A stretch of DNA of 64,000 bases, from positions 2,122,328 through 2,186,327 of the forward strand of contig OY969779.1 in assembly GCA_963703015.1 (NCBI GenBank), in the 5' to 3' direction. The stretch is from an uncultured Methanobacteriaceae archaeon. Lineage in GTDB: Archaea; Methanobacteriota; Methanobacteria; Methanobacteriales; Methanobacteriaceae. Positions 29,004 to 39,626 of the stretch are shown here, in pieces; positions within the stretch are counted from its first letter, which is position 1, and each line of letters starts with the position of its first letter. Below the pieces are notes generated by a model, which was not told where the DNA came from, did not search any database, and saw only the letters and a list, made by a program, of their open reading frames with translations. The translations under genes were made by a program, and so were the position numbers.

Positions 29004-30153
29004 TGGGGTTACTAAATTGGTTGCAGAAACATCAAAACAAATTATTAAGGTAGCCTTTATAACAAATATTCCTACTCCTTATAGAAAGAAACAGTGGGAA
29101 TATTATTCAAAATGTAAAAATTTGGATATAACTGTTTTTTATTGTGCTAATACAGAAGATCGTCTTTGGAAGATTAATTCAGCTGAAGGTATTAAAGAAG
29201 TGTTTTTAAAAGGCTGGTCTTATAAATCGTATCATTTCAATATGGAAGTTTTAAAAGTAATTTCACAAGATTTTGATGTTTTTTTTGTCGGTGGTTACGG
29301 ATATCCTTCTTTGATAATGGCAATTTTAGGATTAAAAATACTAAAAAAACCATGGGTCATGATTATAGATGGAATGTCTCCTTTAAAATTGGTTAAAACT
29401 AATTTTATTTCTAATTTTTTTAAGAACTTTATTATTAATGGTGCAAGTGCATATTTTGCTAATGGTAAGGTTAGTAAAGAATATTTAACAAAATATGGAG
29501 TTTTACCCGAAAAAATTTTTAATCAATATCTGACCGTAGATGTTAACGAATTTATTAATAAAGGAATAAATGCTAAAGAAATTAAAAAAAATGTTAGAGA
29601 TGGATATGGGATACCCAACGATTCCATTGTTATTATGTATTCTGGACGCCTAATATATAAAAAAGGAGTTCAGGATTTACTTGCAGCTGTAAAAAAGCTT
29701 GAAGACAAAGAATATAATATCGTAGTATTAATAGTTGGGGGCGGCGATTTTAAGGAGGAATTAGAGAGGAAATCTCAATTATTGAAATTAAACATAATAT
29801 TCACAGGACATATTGATCCTGAAGAGTTATATAAATATTATTACACTTCAGATATTTTTATTCTTCCTACACATGATGATCCATGGGGATTAGTTGTAAA
29901 CGAGGCCATGGCGTGTGGCCTTCCAATTATAATAACAAAGAATGCAGGTTCTTCGATTGATTTAGTTGAAAATAATGGATATGTTGTCTCTGCACATAAT
30001 GTTCAATCTATAGCTTCAAATATTGAAGAGTTACTAGATAGCAAAACTCGTATTATTGCAGGGATTAACTCCAAAAAATTAATTTCAAATTGGACTTATA
30101 AAGAAAGTCTTAATAGTTTTTTAGAATTACTTAGATATTTGAAGCTTTTTTAG
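28987..30153 (+). CDS. GT4 glycosyltransferase
   Basis: Motifs YSGRL...KG, VGGG and DPWGLVVNEAMACGLP. Confidence 0.88.
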   Translation: MMNLINGVTKLVAETSKQIIKVAFITNIPTPYRKKQWEYYSKCKNLDITVFYCANTEDRLWKINSAEGIKEVFLKGWSYKSYHFNMEVLKVISQDFDVFFVGGYGYPSLIMAILGLKILKKPWVMIIDGMSPLKLVKTNFISNFFKNFIINGASAYFANGKVSKEYLTKYGVLPEKIFNQYLTVDVNEFINKGINAKEIKKNVRDGYGIPNDSIVIMYSGRLIYKKGVQDLLAAVKKLEDKEYNIVVLIVGGGDFKEELERKSQLLKLNIIFTGHIDPEELYKYYYTSDIFILPTHDDPWGLVVNEAMACGLPIIITKNAGSSIDLVENNGYVVSAHNVQSIASNIEELLDSKTRIIAGINSKKLISNWTYKESLNSFLELLRYLKLF

Positions 30154-30188
30154 AAAACAGATCATTATACAAAATTGTTAGGTGTAGT

Positions 30189-30992
30189 ATGGTTAAAAAT
30201 TATCGTAATAAATCAAATTTAGTAAGTATTATTGTTCCTGCTTATAAACCAGATAAGTATCTTAAACAATGCATTGAAAGTTTATTAGTACAAAATTACC
30301 CTTTTTTTGAAATAATTTTAGTCATAGAAGAATCTGATTTGGTTAGTAAGGAAATATTAAAAAATTATTCTAACTATAAAAATTTAAATGTAATTATTGA
30401 GAAAAAAAATTTAGGCCCGGCTCACACACGTAATATTGCTATTAGAAATTCTAATGGGAAATATATTTCTTTTTGTGATGTTGATGATTTATTTAGTCCA
30501 AAAAAAATTGAAAATCAGATTAAATTGATAAATGAAGAATATGGTTTGCTATATTCTGATTTTTTTTTAGTTAATGAAAATAATGAGATCATTGAAGAAA
30601 TTAAGACACCAGAATGGGATTTTAATAAGTGGATCAGATCAGGTTATATAGCATTTTCAACTGTTTTTGTAGAAAAAAGGTTGATTGAAAAAGTTAATTT
30701 AATGGATGAAGATCTGAATTCAAATGAGGATTTTGATTTATTGATCAAACTTTCAAAGATAACTAAATTTAAACGAGTTCCAAAAAGTTTAGCCTACCGA
30801 CGAATACATGATTCAAATCTTTCAAAAAATACCAAAACGCTGATTTCTAGATATCATATATACAACAAATATAATTATAAATATTTGGCAGTATATTCTG
30901 TTGTAGTGGGATTTATATATTCTAATATTTTTTATTTTTTAATTAAGTATTCTACATTCTACAAAATAATGAAAAAAGTATTGAATAAATAG
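30189..30992 (+). CDS. GT2 glycosyltransferase
   Basis: Motifs VSIIVPAY, GPAHTRN, DVDD and EDFDL. Confidence 0.88.
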   Translation: MVKNYRNKSNLVSIIVPAYKPDKYLKQCIESLLVQNYPFFEIILVIEESDLVSKEILKNYSNYKNLNVIIEKKNLGPAHTRNIAIRNSNGKYISFCDVDDLFSPKKIENQIKLINEEYGLLYSDFFLVNENNEIIEEIKTPEWDFNKWIRSGYIAFSTVFVEKRLIEKVNLMDEDLNSNEDFDLLIKLSKITKFKRVPKSLAYRRIHDSNLSKNTKTLISRYHIYNKYNYKYLAVYSVVVGFIYSNIFYFLIKYSTFYKIMKKVLNK

Positions 30993-32045
30993 TTAACTAA
31001 TGATTTTGTTGTATTCGATTAAGATATTTTTAGCTATATTCTGCCATGAAAAATTGTCAATGATATAATTTGATAAATCCGTTTTTTCGTTTAAATTCAT
31101 TCCTTTCTCAATCCCTTTCTTAATTGAATTAAGATTTTTTGGGTCACAGTAAATGACTTTATCTTTGAAATATTCTTTAGTGGATCCTCTATCGGTTATC
31201 ACTAAATTACAACCTGCTAAACTGGCTTCTAGCGCAGCTATTCCGGGTGTTTCAAGCCAAGATGGTAATACAAAACATTTAGCAGCATGATAAGCAGATC
31301 TTAACATTTCAGAATTATGTGGAATGTTGCCTAAAAAATTTACATTATTTCCAGCATTATTTTTACACATCATGTAATATTCAGGATCACTATTAGTATC
31401 TCCTATTAAAACTAATTTATGGGAACTATCATTAACAGCTTTAATTAAAGTCAGAACATTTTTTTTAGGTTCAATACGACCTACAAATAATATAAAATTT
31501 TCCATATTATATTTGTCAATGAAAATGTTTTTATCACCCTTTCGATAAAAACTTTCTACACCATTATGTATTACACTCATGTTGTTTTTAAATTTGAAAT
31601 TATTGGACAGGTGTTTAGCTTCTAATTTTGAATTAGGCATTATTATATTTGCATTGTTAAGATAATAATTAACTGGATTTAAAAGAGGTATACTATAACT
31701 TAGTTTCCTTTCAGAGATTTTTTGTAATTCTTTTGTTAAAACAAATATCTTCTGTGAAAATGTTTTTGAATCATTTATTTCTTTTTCAAAACTGTTCCAA
31801 TAAACTGGTGTTAATACTATTGGAATATTTAAATTTTTAATGTGTTTTATTAAATTTAAGTGTTCTATAGAATTTGAACCAAAAAGATGATAAATGTCAT
31901 AATCGGATATTTGATCTTCAAACTTATTGTAATATTTAACTTCTACCCCTAACTTCTCTAAGTACTTCTTAGTCTGTGACATTTGCACTTCTTGGCCGCC
32001 ATGATTTTGAAGAGTTAAACTATGTGTATCAAAAAGCACTTTCAT
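30993..32045 (-). CDS. GT4 glycosyltransferase
   Basis: Motifs GG.EVQ, FVGRIE..KN and ETPGIAALEA...G. Confidence 0.88.
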   Translation of the reverse strand: MKVLFDTHSLTLQNHGGQEVQMSQTKKYLEKLGVEVKYYNKFEDQISDYDIYHLFGSNSIEHLNLIKHIKNLNIPIVLTPVYWNSFEKEINDSKTFSQKIFVLTKELQKISERKLSYSIPLLNPVNYYLNNANIIMPNSKLEAKHLSNNFKFKNNMSVIHNGVESFYRKGDKNIFIDKYNMENFILFVGRIEPKKNVLTLIKAVNDSSHKLVLIGDTNSDPEYYMMCKNNAGNNVNFLGNIPHNSEMLRSAYHAAKCFVLPSWLETPGIAALEASLAGCNLVITDRGSTKEYFKDKVIYCDPKNLNSIKKGIEKGMNLNEKTDLSNYIIDNFSWQNIAKNILIEYNKIIS

Positions 32046-32113
32046 AAATATCCCTATACCTTTAAATATTAGTAAGTAAAAATTATTTTACAGATTTATA
32101 AAGGTTTTTACAA

Positions 32114-34264
32114 ATGTTACAATTTTTATCGATTAATAAATTGGAATTAAAGAAATTTTTAGGCTTAGTACTATTAATTCAGATAATTATATTAGGTTTA
32201 GTGGGCATGGACCTATTAGGATTTCCTATTCCTATCTTAAGAGAGTTTTTTGGTTTTATATACTTATTAATAATCCCTGGACTTTTATTGTTGAGAATTT
32301 TTAATATAAATGAAACTTCTATTCCTGAACATTTATTATATTCTGTTGGATTGAGTTTATCTACACTAATGTTTTTGGGATTATTGTTAAATCAATTATT
32401 TAGTCATTTTCATCCATTGGATTCAACATTTCTATTACTTACACTTACAATATTGGTTTTAGGCTTATCACTAATCTGTTATTTAAAGGAAAGGAATAGT
32501 CTTAATACTTATCAAAAACCTTATAAAATGAATATTGAAATCTTTAAAAATCCAATTAGCTTAATTTTAATTTTATTACCTTTTATATCAATACTCAGTA
32601 CTTACTTAATGAATTATTATAATCAAAATTTACTTTCTTTATTTTTAATTTGTTTAATTTGTTTAATTGTAATTTATATTACTCTAAAAAGTTCTATTCC
32701 AAATTACATATATTATTTAGCCATTTTTTCAATTTCAATATCTCTTCTGTATAATACTACATTAATTACAAATTATATATGGGGCGGAGACATTCAATAT
32801 GAATATTATCTTTCTAATTTAGTCTTGAAAAACTCTTTTTGGGATCAATCAACTCCTATTGGTATTAATGGGATGTTAAGCATTGTAATGTTGGCCCCAA
32901 TATTTTCAAAAGTAATGAATTTAAATTTGATATGGGTTTTCAAACTTGTTTATCCAACAGTTTTTTCATTATTACCTGTAGCATTATTTAGTATTTACAA
33001 AAAACAGTTTGGAAACAAGACTGCTTTTCTTTCAACATTCTTCTTTATGTCTTTTGTAGTTTTTTATGTTGAAATGATGCAATTAGCAAGACAGCAAATT
33101 GCAGAATTGTTTTTGGTACTTTTAATACTTTTGATGTTGAATAGTGAGTTAAATAATGTGAAAAGATCTTTACTATTTGTAATATTTGGTTTGTCTATTA
33201 TCATTTCTCATTATGGATTATCATATTTATTTGTAATTTTTTTAGGCCTAGTCACATTAATATCAATTTTTGTAAACAGAAACAATTTTAACAAATATTT
33301 TTCAAATTTAACTAAAAATGAATTAACGAATTTTAGTGTCACTTTCATAATTTTGTTCATAGTTTCCGCGTTAACGTGGTATTTATATGTTTCAAGTGCT
33401 TCAAATTTCAATGCTCTCTTACAAGTTTCTAATAACGTAATAATTAATTTGACCGATCTTTTTAATCCAGTAACTTCACAAGGATCAGATCTTATTTTAA
33501 CACAAAGTACATCATTGCTACATAAATCTTCTAAATATATACAATTAATTGCACAAATATTAATAACTATTGGTATTTTAGTAACAATTTTCACATCAAA
33601 GAAAAATAATATCAATAGTAATTATTTGAAATTTTCAATGGCTGCTTTTTTTATATTAGTTTTGAGCATAGTACTCCCATTTTTTGCTAGTGCATTGAAC
33701 GTAACACGTATTTATCATATTGCCCTAATATTCTTAGCCCCATTTTTAATAGTTGGTGTAAAACAGATCTTTAATTTTATAATTACTCATTTTAAGAGAT
33801 TATCTGATTATAGAATATTCAAAAATCCTTTTATAATTTTATCTTTGTTTGTAGTAATATTTTTCCTTTTCAATAATGGTTTCATTTATCAAGTTACTCA
33901 AGATCAACCTACGTCATTTTCTTTTAATAAAAATATAGATACTCCCGAATTCCAGCAGGAGGATGTTTTGGGAGCGGATTGGATATTATATCACCAATAC
34001 AACAAAACAATCTATGCTGATGATGGTCGATATCAAATTTTTGGTGGATTAGGATTACCTTTTAATTTCAAAGACATTTTAGATGTATCTCCGAATAGTT
34101 TAATTTATTTAGGTACTTATAACACAAAAAACCAAATGATTGGAATTTTAATATTTAATAGTACAATTCCTAAAAAAATATATACTCCTGTAAATATTGT
34201 TACCAATAGTAAATCACAGTTATATGACAATGGGGGATCGGAAATATTCTACAATTCATTTTGA
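32114..34264 (+). CDS. DUF2206-family polytopic membrane protein
   Basis: Many TM helices with G.DI..EYY, LARQ.IAE, SHY, R.Y and the C-terminal IYDNG motif. Paralog of 60179..62359. Confidence 0.75.
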   Translation: MLQFLSINKLELKKFLGLVLLIQIIILGLVGMDLLGFPIPILREFFGFIYLLIIPGLLLLRIFNINETSIPEHLLYSVGLSLSTLMFLGLLLNQLFSHFHPLDSTFLLLTLTILVLGLSLICYLKERNSLNTYQKPYKMNIEIFKNPISLILILLPFISILSTYLMNYYNQNLLSLFLICLICLIVIYITLKSSIPNYIYYLAIFSISISLLYNTTLITNYIWGGDIQYEYYLSNLVLKNSFWDQSTPIGINGMLSIVMLAPIFSKVMNLNLIWVFKLVYPTVFSLLPVALFSIYKKQFGNKTAFLSTFFFMSFVVFYVEMMQLARQQIAELFLVLLILLMLNSELNNVKRSLLFVIFGLSIIISHYGLSYLFVIFLGLVTLISIFVNRNNFNKYFSNLTKNELTNFSVTFIILFIVSALTWYLYVSSASNFNALLQVSNNVIINLTDLFNPVTSQGSDLILTQSTSLLHKSSKYIQLIAQILITIGILVTIFTSKKNNINSNYLKFSMAAFFILVLSIVLPFFASALNVTRIYHIALIFLAPFLIVGVKQIFNFIITHFKRLSDYRIFKNPFIILSLFVVIFFLFNNGFIYQVTQDQPTSFSFNKNIDTPEFQQEDVLGADWILYHQYNKTIYADDGRYQIFGGLGLPFNFKDILDVSPNSLIYLGTYNTKNQMIGILIFNSTIPKKIYTPVNIVTNSKSQLYDNGGSEIFYNSF

Positions 34265-35761
34265 TTTTTTTTCAATATTTAAACGACTCCATTTGGAATA
34301 GAAAACCCAGAATAAAATTATTATTGAAATAATAAATAGTATTATCCTAAAAATAAGTGAGTAATTAAGTAAGGTAATTACTGTTTGTAGAGTTATAACT
34401 ACCCAAATTATTAAAACTTCTTTTGATAATATTAAATTTTTTGGAACAACGTCTTTCCATAAATAGAATGGAACAAAAATTAAAGTATTGAAAACATAAG
34501 CTACAATGTAACCTAAAGAGAGTGCTAATGCTCCTAAATCTTTAAGAAGTATGACAGTACTAATTAGAAATATCGCCCAAATTATGTTATCTAAAAACCC
34601 CCACCACATAAGGTTTTTTACAACTAATTTACGCGTGATTCCATCTCTATACGAAGTTATACAGCTCACAAACATCATTAATGCGATTACTTGGATAAAA
34701 ATGTTGGAATTGTAACCACTTCCATAAACAAAACTTATTATTTCTGGGAATGCTATAATTGGTAATGCAAATATTATTACAATAACCCAACTTGAGAATA
34801 CATTAATTGTTTCAAGTTTCTCATTTTTTTCATTTACATTTCCTGCAAGCATTGGTAAAAGTACGTTACCTATCACTGCTGGTAAAAAGTATAATACCGA
34901 TCTCCATTGGTCTGCAGCTGTGAAAATTCCTAATTGACCATACCCTCCAGGGGTATTAATAATAATTATATTTGCAATCCAAATAATTGGCCCTACCATC
35001 ACACTTGATAACATTGTTGGGAAAGATAATTTCCAGATAATATTTTTTTCTTTCCATGATTTTAGATAGTTGATTTTTATTTTAAAGCTTTTTATTAAGG
35101 TATTTACAGTGATTTTATATAAAATTAGATTGATTATGCTGTTGATAACCATTGCAGTGACGGCACCAATTAATCCGAAGAAATATACTCCTGTCACTGT
35201 TAATGAAGCTGATATTATTCCTTGAAAGAATGCTATGCGGGCAAGATCTTTAAATGCTCCAAAACCTGCAATAGAACCTGATTGTATTCCTACTATTGTG
35301 TTGAATATTAAAAGTAACGATGCTATTCGTAATATTGGGGTTAAGTTTGGTGCATTTAATGTATTTGTTGAAAGCCATGGTGCTATTGCAAATAAAATAG
35401 CAAACATTATAATCCCTGATATTATTCCGAATAGGTTTGTAAGCCCCATGATTCTACCAGTACGTTCAGGATCTGATTTATGGTATTGTGCTATATATTT
35501 CGTGGCTGTTATTCCCAATCCTAATCCTGCAAATGTTGAAAAAAGGATTACAGTACTGTTAATCATTCCCAGCTGCCCATAACCAAATGTACCTAAAATA
35601 CGGGCCGCAATTATTGTCGCAATCAAAGGAAATCCCGAAGAAGCTAAAGCACTAATAAGATTCCAAAAAATGCCATATACTAACTTACCTCTCATTCCAT
35701 CGTGGTTATCCCCTACAATGTTTCGTATCAATCCTTTCAATGATGTTTTTATTTTGCTCAT
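34256..35761 (-). CDS. Oligosaccharide flippase (Wzx/MATE-like)
   Basis: Motifs ARILG...YG and G...T..IA, about 12-14 TM helices, and G.F.AA.QW. Confidence 0.85.
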   Translation of the reverse strand: MSKIKTSLKGLIRNIVGDNHDGMRGKLVYGIFWNLISALASSGFPLIATIIAARILGTFGYGQLGMINSTVILFSTFAGLGLGITATKYIAQYHKSDPERTGRIMGLTNLFGIISGIIMFAILFAIAPWLSTNTLNAPNLTPILRIASLLLIFNTIVGIQSGSIAGFGAFKDLARIAFFQGIISASLTVTGVYFFGLIGAVTAMVINSIINLILYKITVNTLIKSFKIKINYLKSWKEKNIIWKLSFPTMLSSVMVGPIIWIANIIIINTPGGYGQLGIFTAADQWRSVLYFLPAVIGNVLLPMLAGNVNEKNEKLETINVFSSWVIVIIFALPIIAFPEIISFVYGSGYNSNIFIQVIALMMFVSCITSYRDGITRKLVVKNLMWWGFLDNIIWAIFLISTVILLKDLGALALSLGYIVAYVFNTLIFVPFYLWKDVVPKNLILSKEVLIIWVVITLQTVITLLNYSLIFRIILFIISIIILFWVFYSKWSRLNIEKKSK

Positions 35762-36307
35762 ACTAACCCAAAAAATTTAATTTATCCTACAGGAATATTT
35801 CATTTTTTATATCTACTATTTAATTAAATCTTCATCAAGCATTATAAAACTTTATAAATTTCAGAATTTGAAAAAAAGTTCAAAAAATAACTATTCATCC
35901 ATTTAAGTTTTTATAATCAATTTAAATTATATAAACAAACATTTCTTTGTATCACGAAACTTCAATAAATCAATATAGAAATGAATAATTAAAATAACCG
36001 AGCCTTGTATTTTATATAGTTTGTAATTTATCAATCATTGCACGAAATACCTGATCGAGGATGCCCTAAATTATGCAGGGGGGGGGGTGTTTAAAAAAAT
36101 TACGTTAAACAGTTCTATAAAATCTTTCAAAAAAAATAATTTAAGATCACCTAATACGGATTCAGGATCTACTTCTGCACATGGATGTGAAAACTGCTAT
36201 AACACCCAACACCACAGAAGGTAATAATAACTTGTATACTGGATAGGATTCGGGATAATTTTAGGGATTAAACTGGGCAGATCCAATGTAAACTATTGTT
36301 ATATCTC

Positions 36308-37330
36308 CTAAATTGGCCTGTCTAATGATAAGAAAGGTAAAAATTCTAAGTAGTGTTTTTTAAGGAGTTCAGGATGCTCATTCCAGTAAGTTCTGTCACT
36401 TTCATCTAATCTGAGGCCAGCTATATAATAAGCAAGTATTTGTGTGCCGATTTTATTAATTATTGTACTTACGAAGTATTTTCGGAGTGATTTAAATCTC
36501 CAGTAACAATATGCATTTTTTTCCACATTAAAACCCAGCTTTTCACCTAGATTACGCAAATTCTTAACTACACTGTCACCACTCAACTTATTTCCATAGA
36601 TATTCACAAAAATAGTATCATCATTATTTTTTATACGAATTTTCCTGTTTGCACCGTAACATCTATCTTTAAGATATGCTATGATTTCTCTTCCGACTTC
36701 AGGAGGGATAAATATATGATGCTTCACAGTGTTTTCACTACTTGTTAAATCCATGGTCAAAACTTCGGATAATACATCATCCTCAAATAGAAAGAGATCA
36801 TCAACATCTTCCAAATCAATTCCTATTATTGAACAGGCACTTAACAATTGATTTATTGTTAAATTTCTGATTTCTTGCTGACTTATTCCTGACAAAGCAG
36901 CCAAATGAATGAGTGCCCTTTCCCTTGGTGGAGAAACAGTTATCATTTGACAAATTTCTTCACAGGTTACATAGTCATCGAAACTCTTAGATATGACATC
37001 GTCGGTAAATAATTTCGTATTATTAATTACACTCAGATCAAAAGCTTTGTAAAATGAGCAGACAGCATAAAAATATAACTTCACAGTTGAATTAGATAGT
37101 TTCTTGGTTAGTAAATAGTCTTTAAATTTTGGTAGATATTTATAGATTGTACGATTCCTTGGTATAATATGTTGTTCTTCCTCTTTTGCTTTATCAATTA
37201 ATTCCGAAGGTTTTTTATTGGTTAATTCAACAAAATATTTCAAAGCAATTTTATAACTTTTTTGAGTGCCTGAAGAAATATTTTTTATTTCGAACCATTT
37301 TTCCATAAGATCTTCATCTTCACTATTCAT
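36308..37330 (-). mobile_element. Tyrosine-recombinase/integrase-family protein with degenerate catalytic motifs
   Basis: T...Y...L..F SAM-like N-terminus, RERALI...A.SG, KSLRKYF (HxLR position), AGL (GH position) and RTY. Confidence 0.7.
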
Positions 37331-37537
37331 GGTTATTATTATGTCATTAATTTGTATTAATAATTTTTCAAAGAATATTATCCATTGATTTTAAAACAAA
37401 AAAATTTTGGATAAAAAATGATAATTAAACAATTACATAAAAATGGTAAACACTCTTGAATTGGAAATCCAAAAATAGTTCAAAGGTCTATGCCACAAGA
37501 GTTGTTGTAGCACACCTAGAGCTTTGGAAAATCACGG

Positions 37538-38605
37538 TTATACTACTACTTTACCGGGGCCCACTGCATAATACTGTCCACCATTACCAATTAATGTGTT
37601 ATTTAAGAGGATATTATAATCAGATGGCTCTTTGGTGGTCAATGCTATTCCTACAACCCTATTATTTGTAATATAATTATTTTGTATTGTATTTCCAGTT
37701 CCCACTATATCTACGCCTGCCACATTATTGCTAAAATTATTATTTTGGATTAAACTGTTACTTATTGCAGCCCATACTCCATTAAAACCATTAATTACCG
37801 TATTGTTTTTTATAATGAAGCCTGTGGACAATCCCTTTCCCAAATCTTCCACTGCTATACTATCTCGACTGTTTATTACGGTGTTGTTTAATATTTTAAA
37901 GTTAGTACTTCCAGTAACTGTATATATGCCAGTTCCAGTATGTACCAATGGGTCCCTAGGGTTATTTAGGTTATAATTTCCTGTTATAATGTTGTTTTGT
38001 ATCGTAATATTTGTACTTGGGGCATCGTACAATATCCCAAATTCAGCTCCTGATAAAACATTATTTTGAACTGTGGAATTGTATAATGGCCCTTCAAATG
38101 CTATGTTATTTCCATAGAATGGATTTGTGCCCATTAGTGTGTTTGAGGTTATTATGGTATTCCTATTTGTTCCAGTGGCCATAATTCCGTTTAAATTAGA
38201 AGTAATTATATTTTCTATTATTTTAACGCCGTTTGTATTGGACAGTACTACTGGGTAATCTCCATTGAACTTGAATCCTTTTACAGTACATCCTGTGTAG
38301 GCTATGTTTATTTGTTTGAGATTAACTGTACCATTTGCCACTAATGTGATGTTTTTAAATAGTTTAAGGTTCTCTGAGTAATTTCCAGAATTAACAATGA
38401 TGGTAGATCCTGCAGGTGCTGAATTAATTGCTGCTTGAATGTTTTGCCCTGGATTAACGATGATACTTGATGATTCAATTGTCAATGTGTTAGATGTATT
38501 AGGGTATGTATAACCAATTAAAACAACTAATGCACATAAAATGATTAGTATTCCGGTTAAAATTTTATTATTTTGCATATAAACTCCTCTAAATTTATGC
38601 AACAA
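37538..38605 (-). CDS. Secreted right-handed beta-helix (NosD/pectin-lyase-like) protein
   Basis: N-terminal TM, IQAAINSA..G.TI.V..G.Y.ENL, and Asn-ladder repeats (I.NN.I..N..G). Confidence 0.8.
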   Translation of the reverse strand: MLHKFRGVYMQNNKILTGILIILCALVVLIGYTYPNTSNTLTIESSSIIVNPGQNIQAAINSAPAGSTIIVNSGNYSENLKLFKNITLVANGTVNLKQINIAYTGCTVKGFKFNGDYPVVLSNTNGVKIIENIITSNLNGIMATGTNRNTIITSNTLMGTNPFYGNNIAFEGPLYNSTVQNNVLSGAEFGILYDAPSTNITIQNNIITGNYNLNNPRDPLVHTGTGIYTVTGSTNFKILNNTVINSRDSIAVEDLGKGLSTGFIIKNNTVINGFNGVWAAISNSLIQNNNFSNNVAGVDIVGTGNTIQNNYITNNRVVGIALTTKEPSDYNILLNNTLIGNGGQYYAVGPGKVVV

Positions 38606-38638
38606 AAAAAATTACAAAAATTATGACCTATTAAAATT

Positions 38639-39079
38639 CTAATCTTTTCTTTTTTGTTTATCCCGGTCTTCAGAGGCTACTTTGATCATTTGGGCAATCT
38701 TCGAAATATCCGCGTAAACCTCTTTCAGGTTTGTTTTTTCATTATCTATGGAAGCATCCCTGTATTCAATGGTTCCTTCAGGGGAAAAATCGTCTTCAGA
38801 GACCACCATTCCAAATTGTCTTCCAATTTCAGGTTCGATCACATCGTCAAGTGGATTTTCAAGTCTTTCTTTAACGTCTATGTTTAAGCCGTCCATGAAT
38901 TTATCTATCTCAGATTCTACGAATCCCATCACAATTATCTCTGTTGGATCAAATACATTGATTGCTGTGTACATTCGAGTTTTTGCTCCGAATCCAACTG
39001 TATGATACCACGCCGTTCTAAAATCTTCATAGGTTTTTCCAGGTTTAAGCTTCCTTGTTACAATAGCCACTGTCATCAT
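38639..39079 (-). CDS. Conserved-looking hypothetical protein (possible dimeric alpha/beta barrel)
   Basis: 146 aa with natural composition. The R.LKPGKTYEDFR.AW start resembles ABM-like ferredoxin folds; the family call is tentative. Confidence 0.6.
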   Translation of the reverse strand: MMTVAIVTRKLKPGKTYEDFRTAWYHTVGFGAKTRMYTAINVFDPTEIIVMGFVESEIDKFMDGLNIDVKERLENPLDDVIEPEIGRQFGMVVSEDDFSPEGTIEYRDASIDNEKTNLKEVYADISKIAQMIKVASEDRDKQKRKD

Positions 39080-39626
39080 AGTTTCAAACCATTCCCTAAA
39101 TTTTTTTCAATAAAAACTGTTCATATAATAATTATGTTCAATTTAATTAATATATTATTGAAACAGATATTCTAGTTAAACAATCATCTGGCACCCCTCC
39201 TATTTTGGACAGACTTTTTTTCAGCCAATATTGAATAAATACCAATATTGTATGGGATGGTATTGGCAATGGATGTAACTCCATCACCCTTTGTCACATC
39301 AGTAACTAAAAATGCACAATTGACACAGAATATTCTAGGTTTACTCGTAAAGGTTACGTTATTTTTAGTGTCCCTTAAAGTAAAATAGGGTAAGTTGAAA
39401 CTCCACAACCTGTGATTGATTAAAGTAACTGAAGTTTGAACATTTGGAACTGTCAAACTAAAAAAGAGCTAACATAATTCATGGATTAATATTTAAACAA
39501 ACACGGATTATAGGTGGAGAAGAATTTTTGATCCCAATTTATAAATTAAAAATAAGTGAATTTGTTTAAGAAAAATAAGTATGGGGAGTTTTTTTAGTTT
39601 CTCCCACTGTATAGTTTGCCCCTTTT

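Noticed and set aside
35762-36307. Possible tRNA/att site next to the integrase
   Set aside because: No cloverleaf or T-loop (GTTCGA) signature found by eye, and no matching direct repeat found at the other island end.
39184-39456. 90-aa ORF from the track
   Set aside because: TTG start without a clear RBS and no recognisable motif. It may be real or a gene remnant but cannot be supported.
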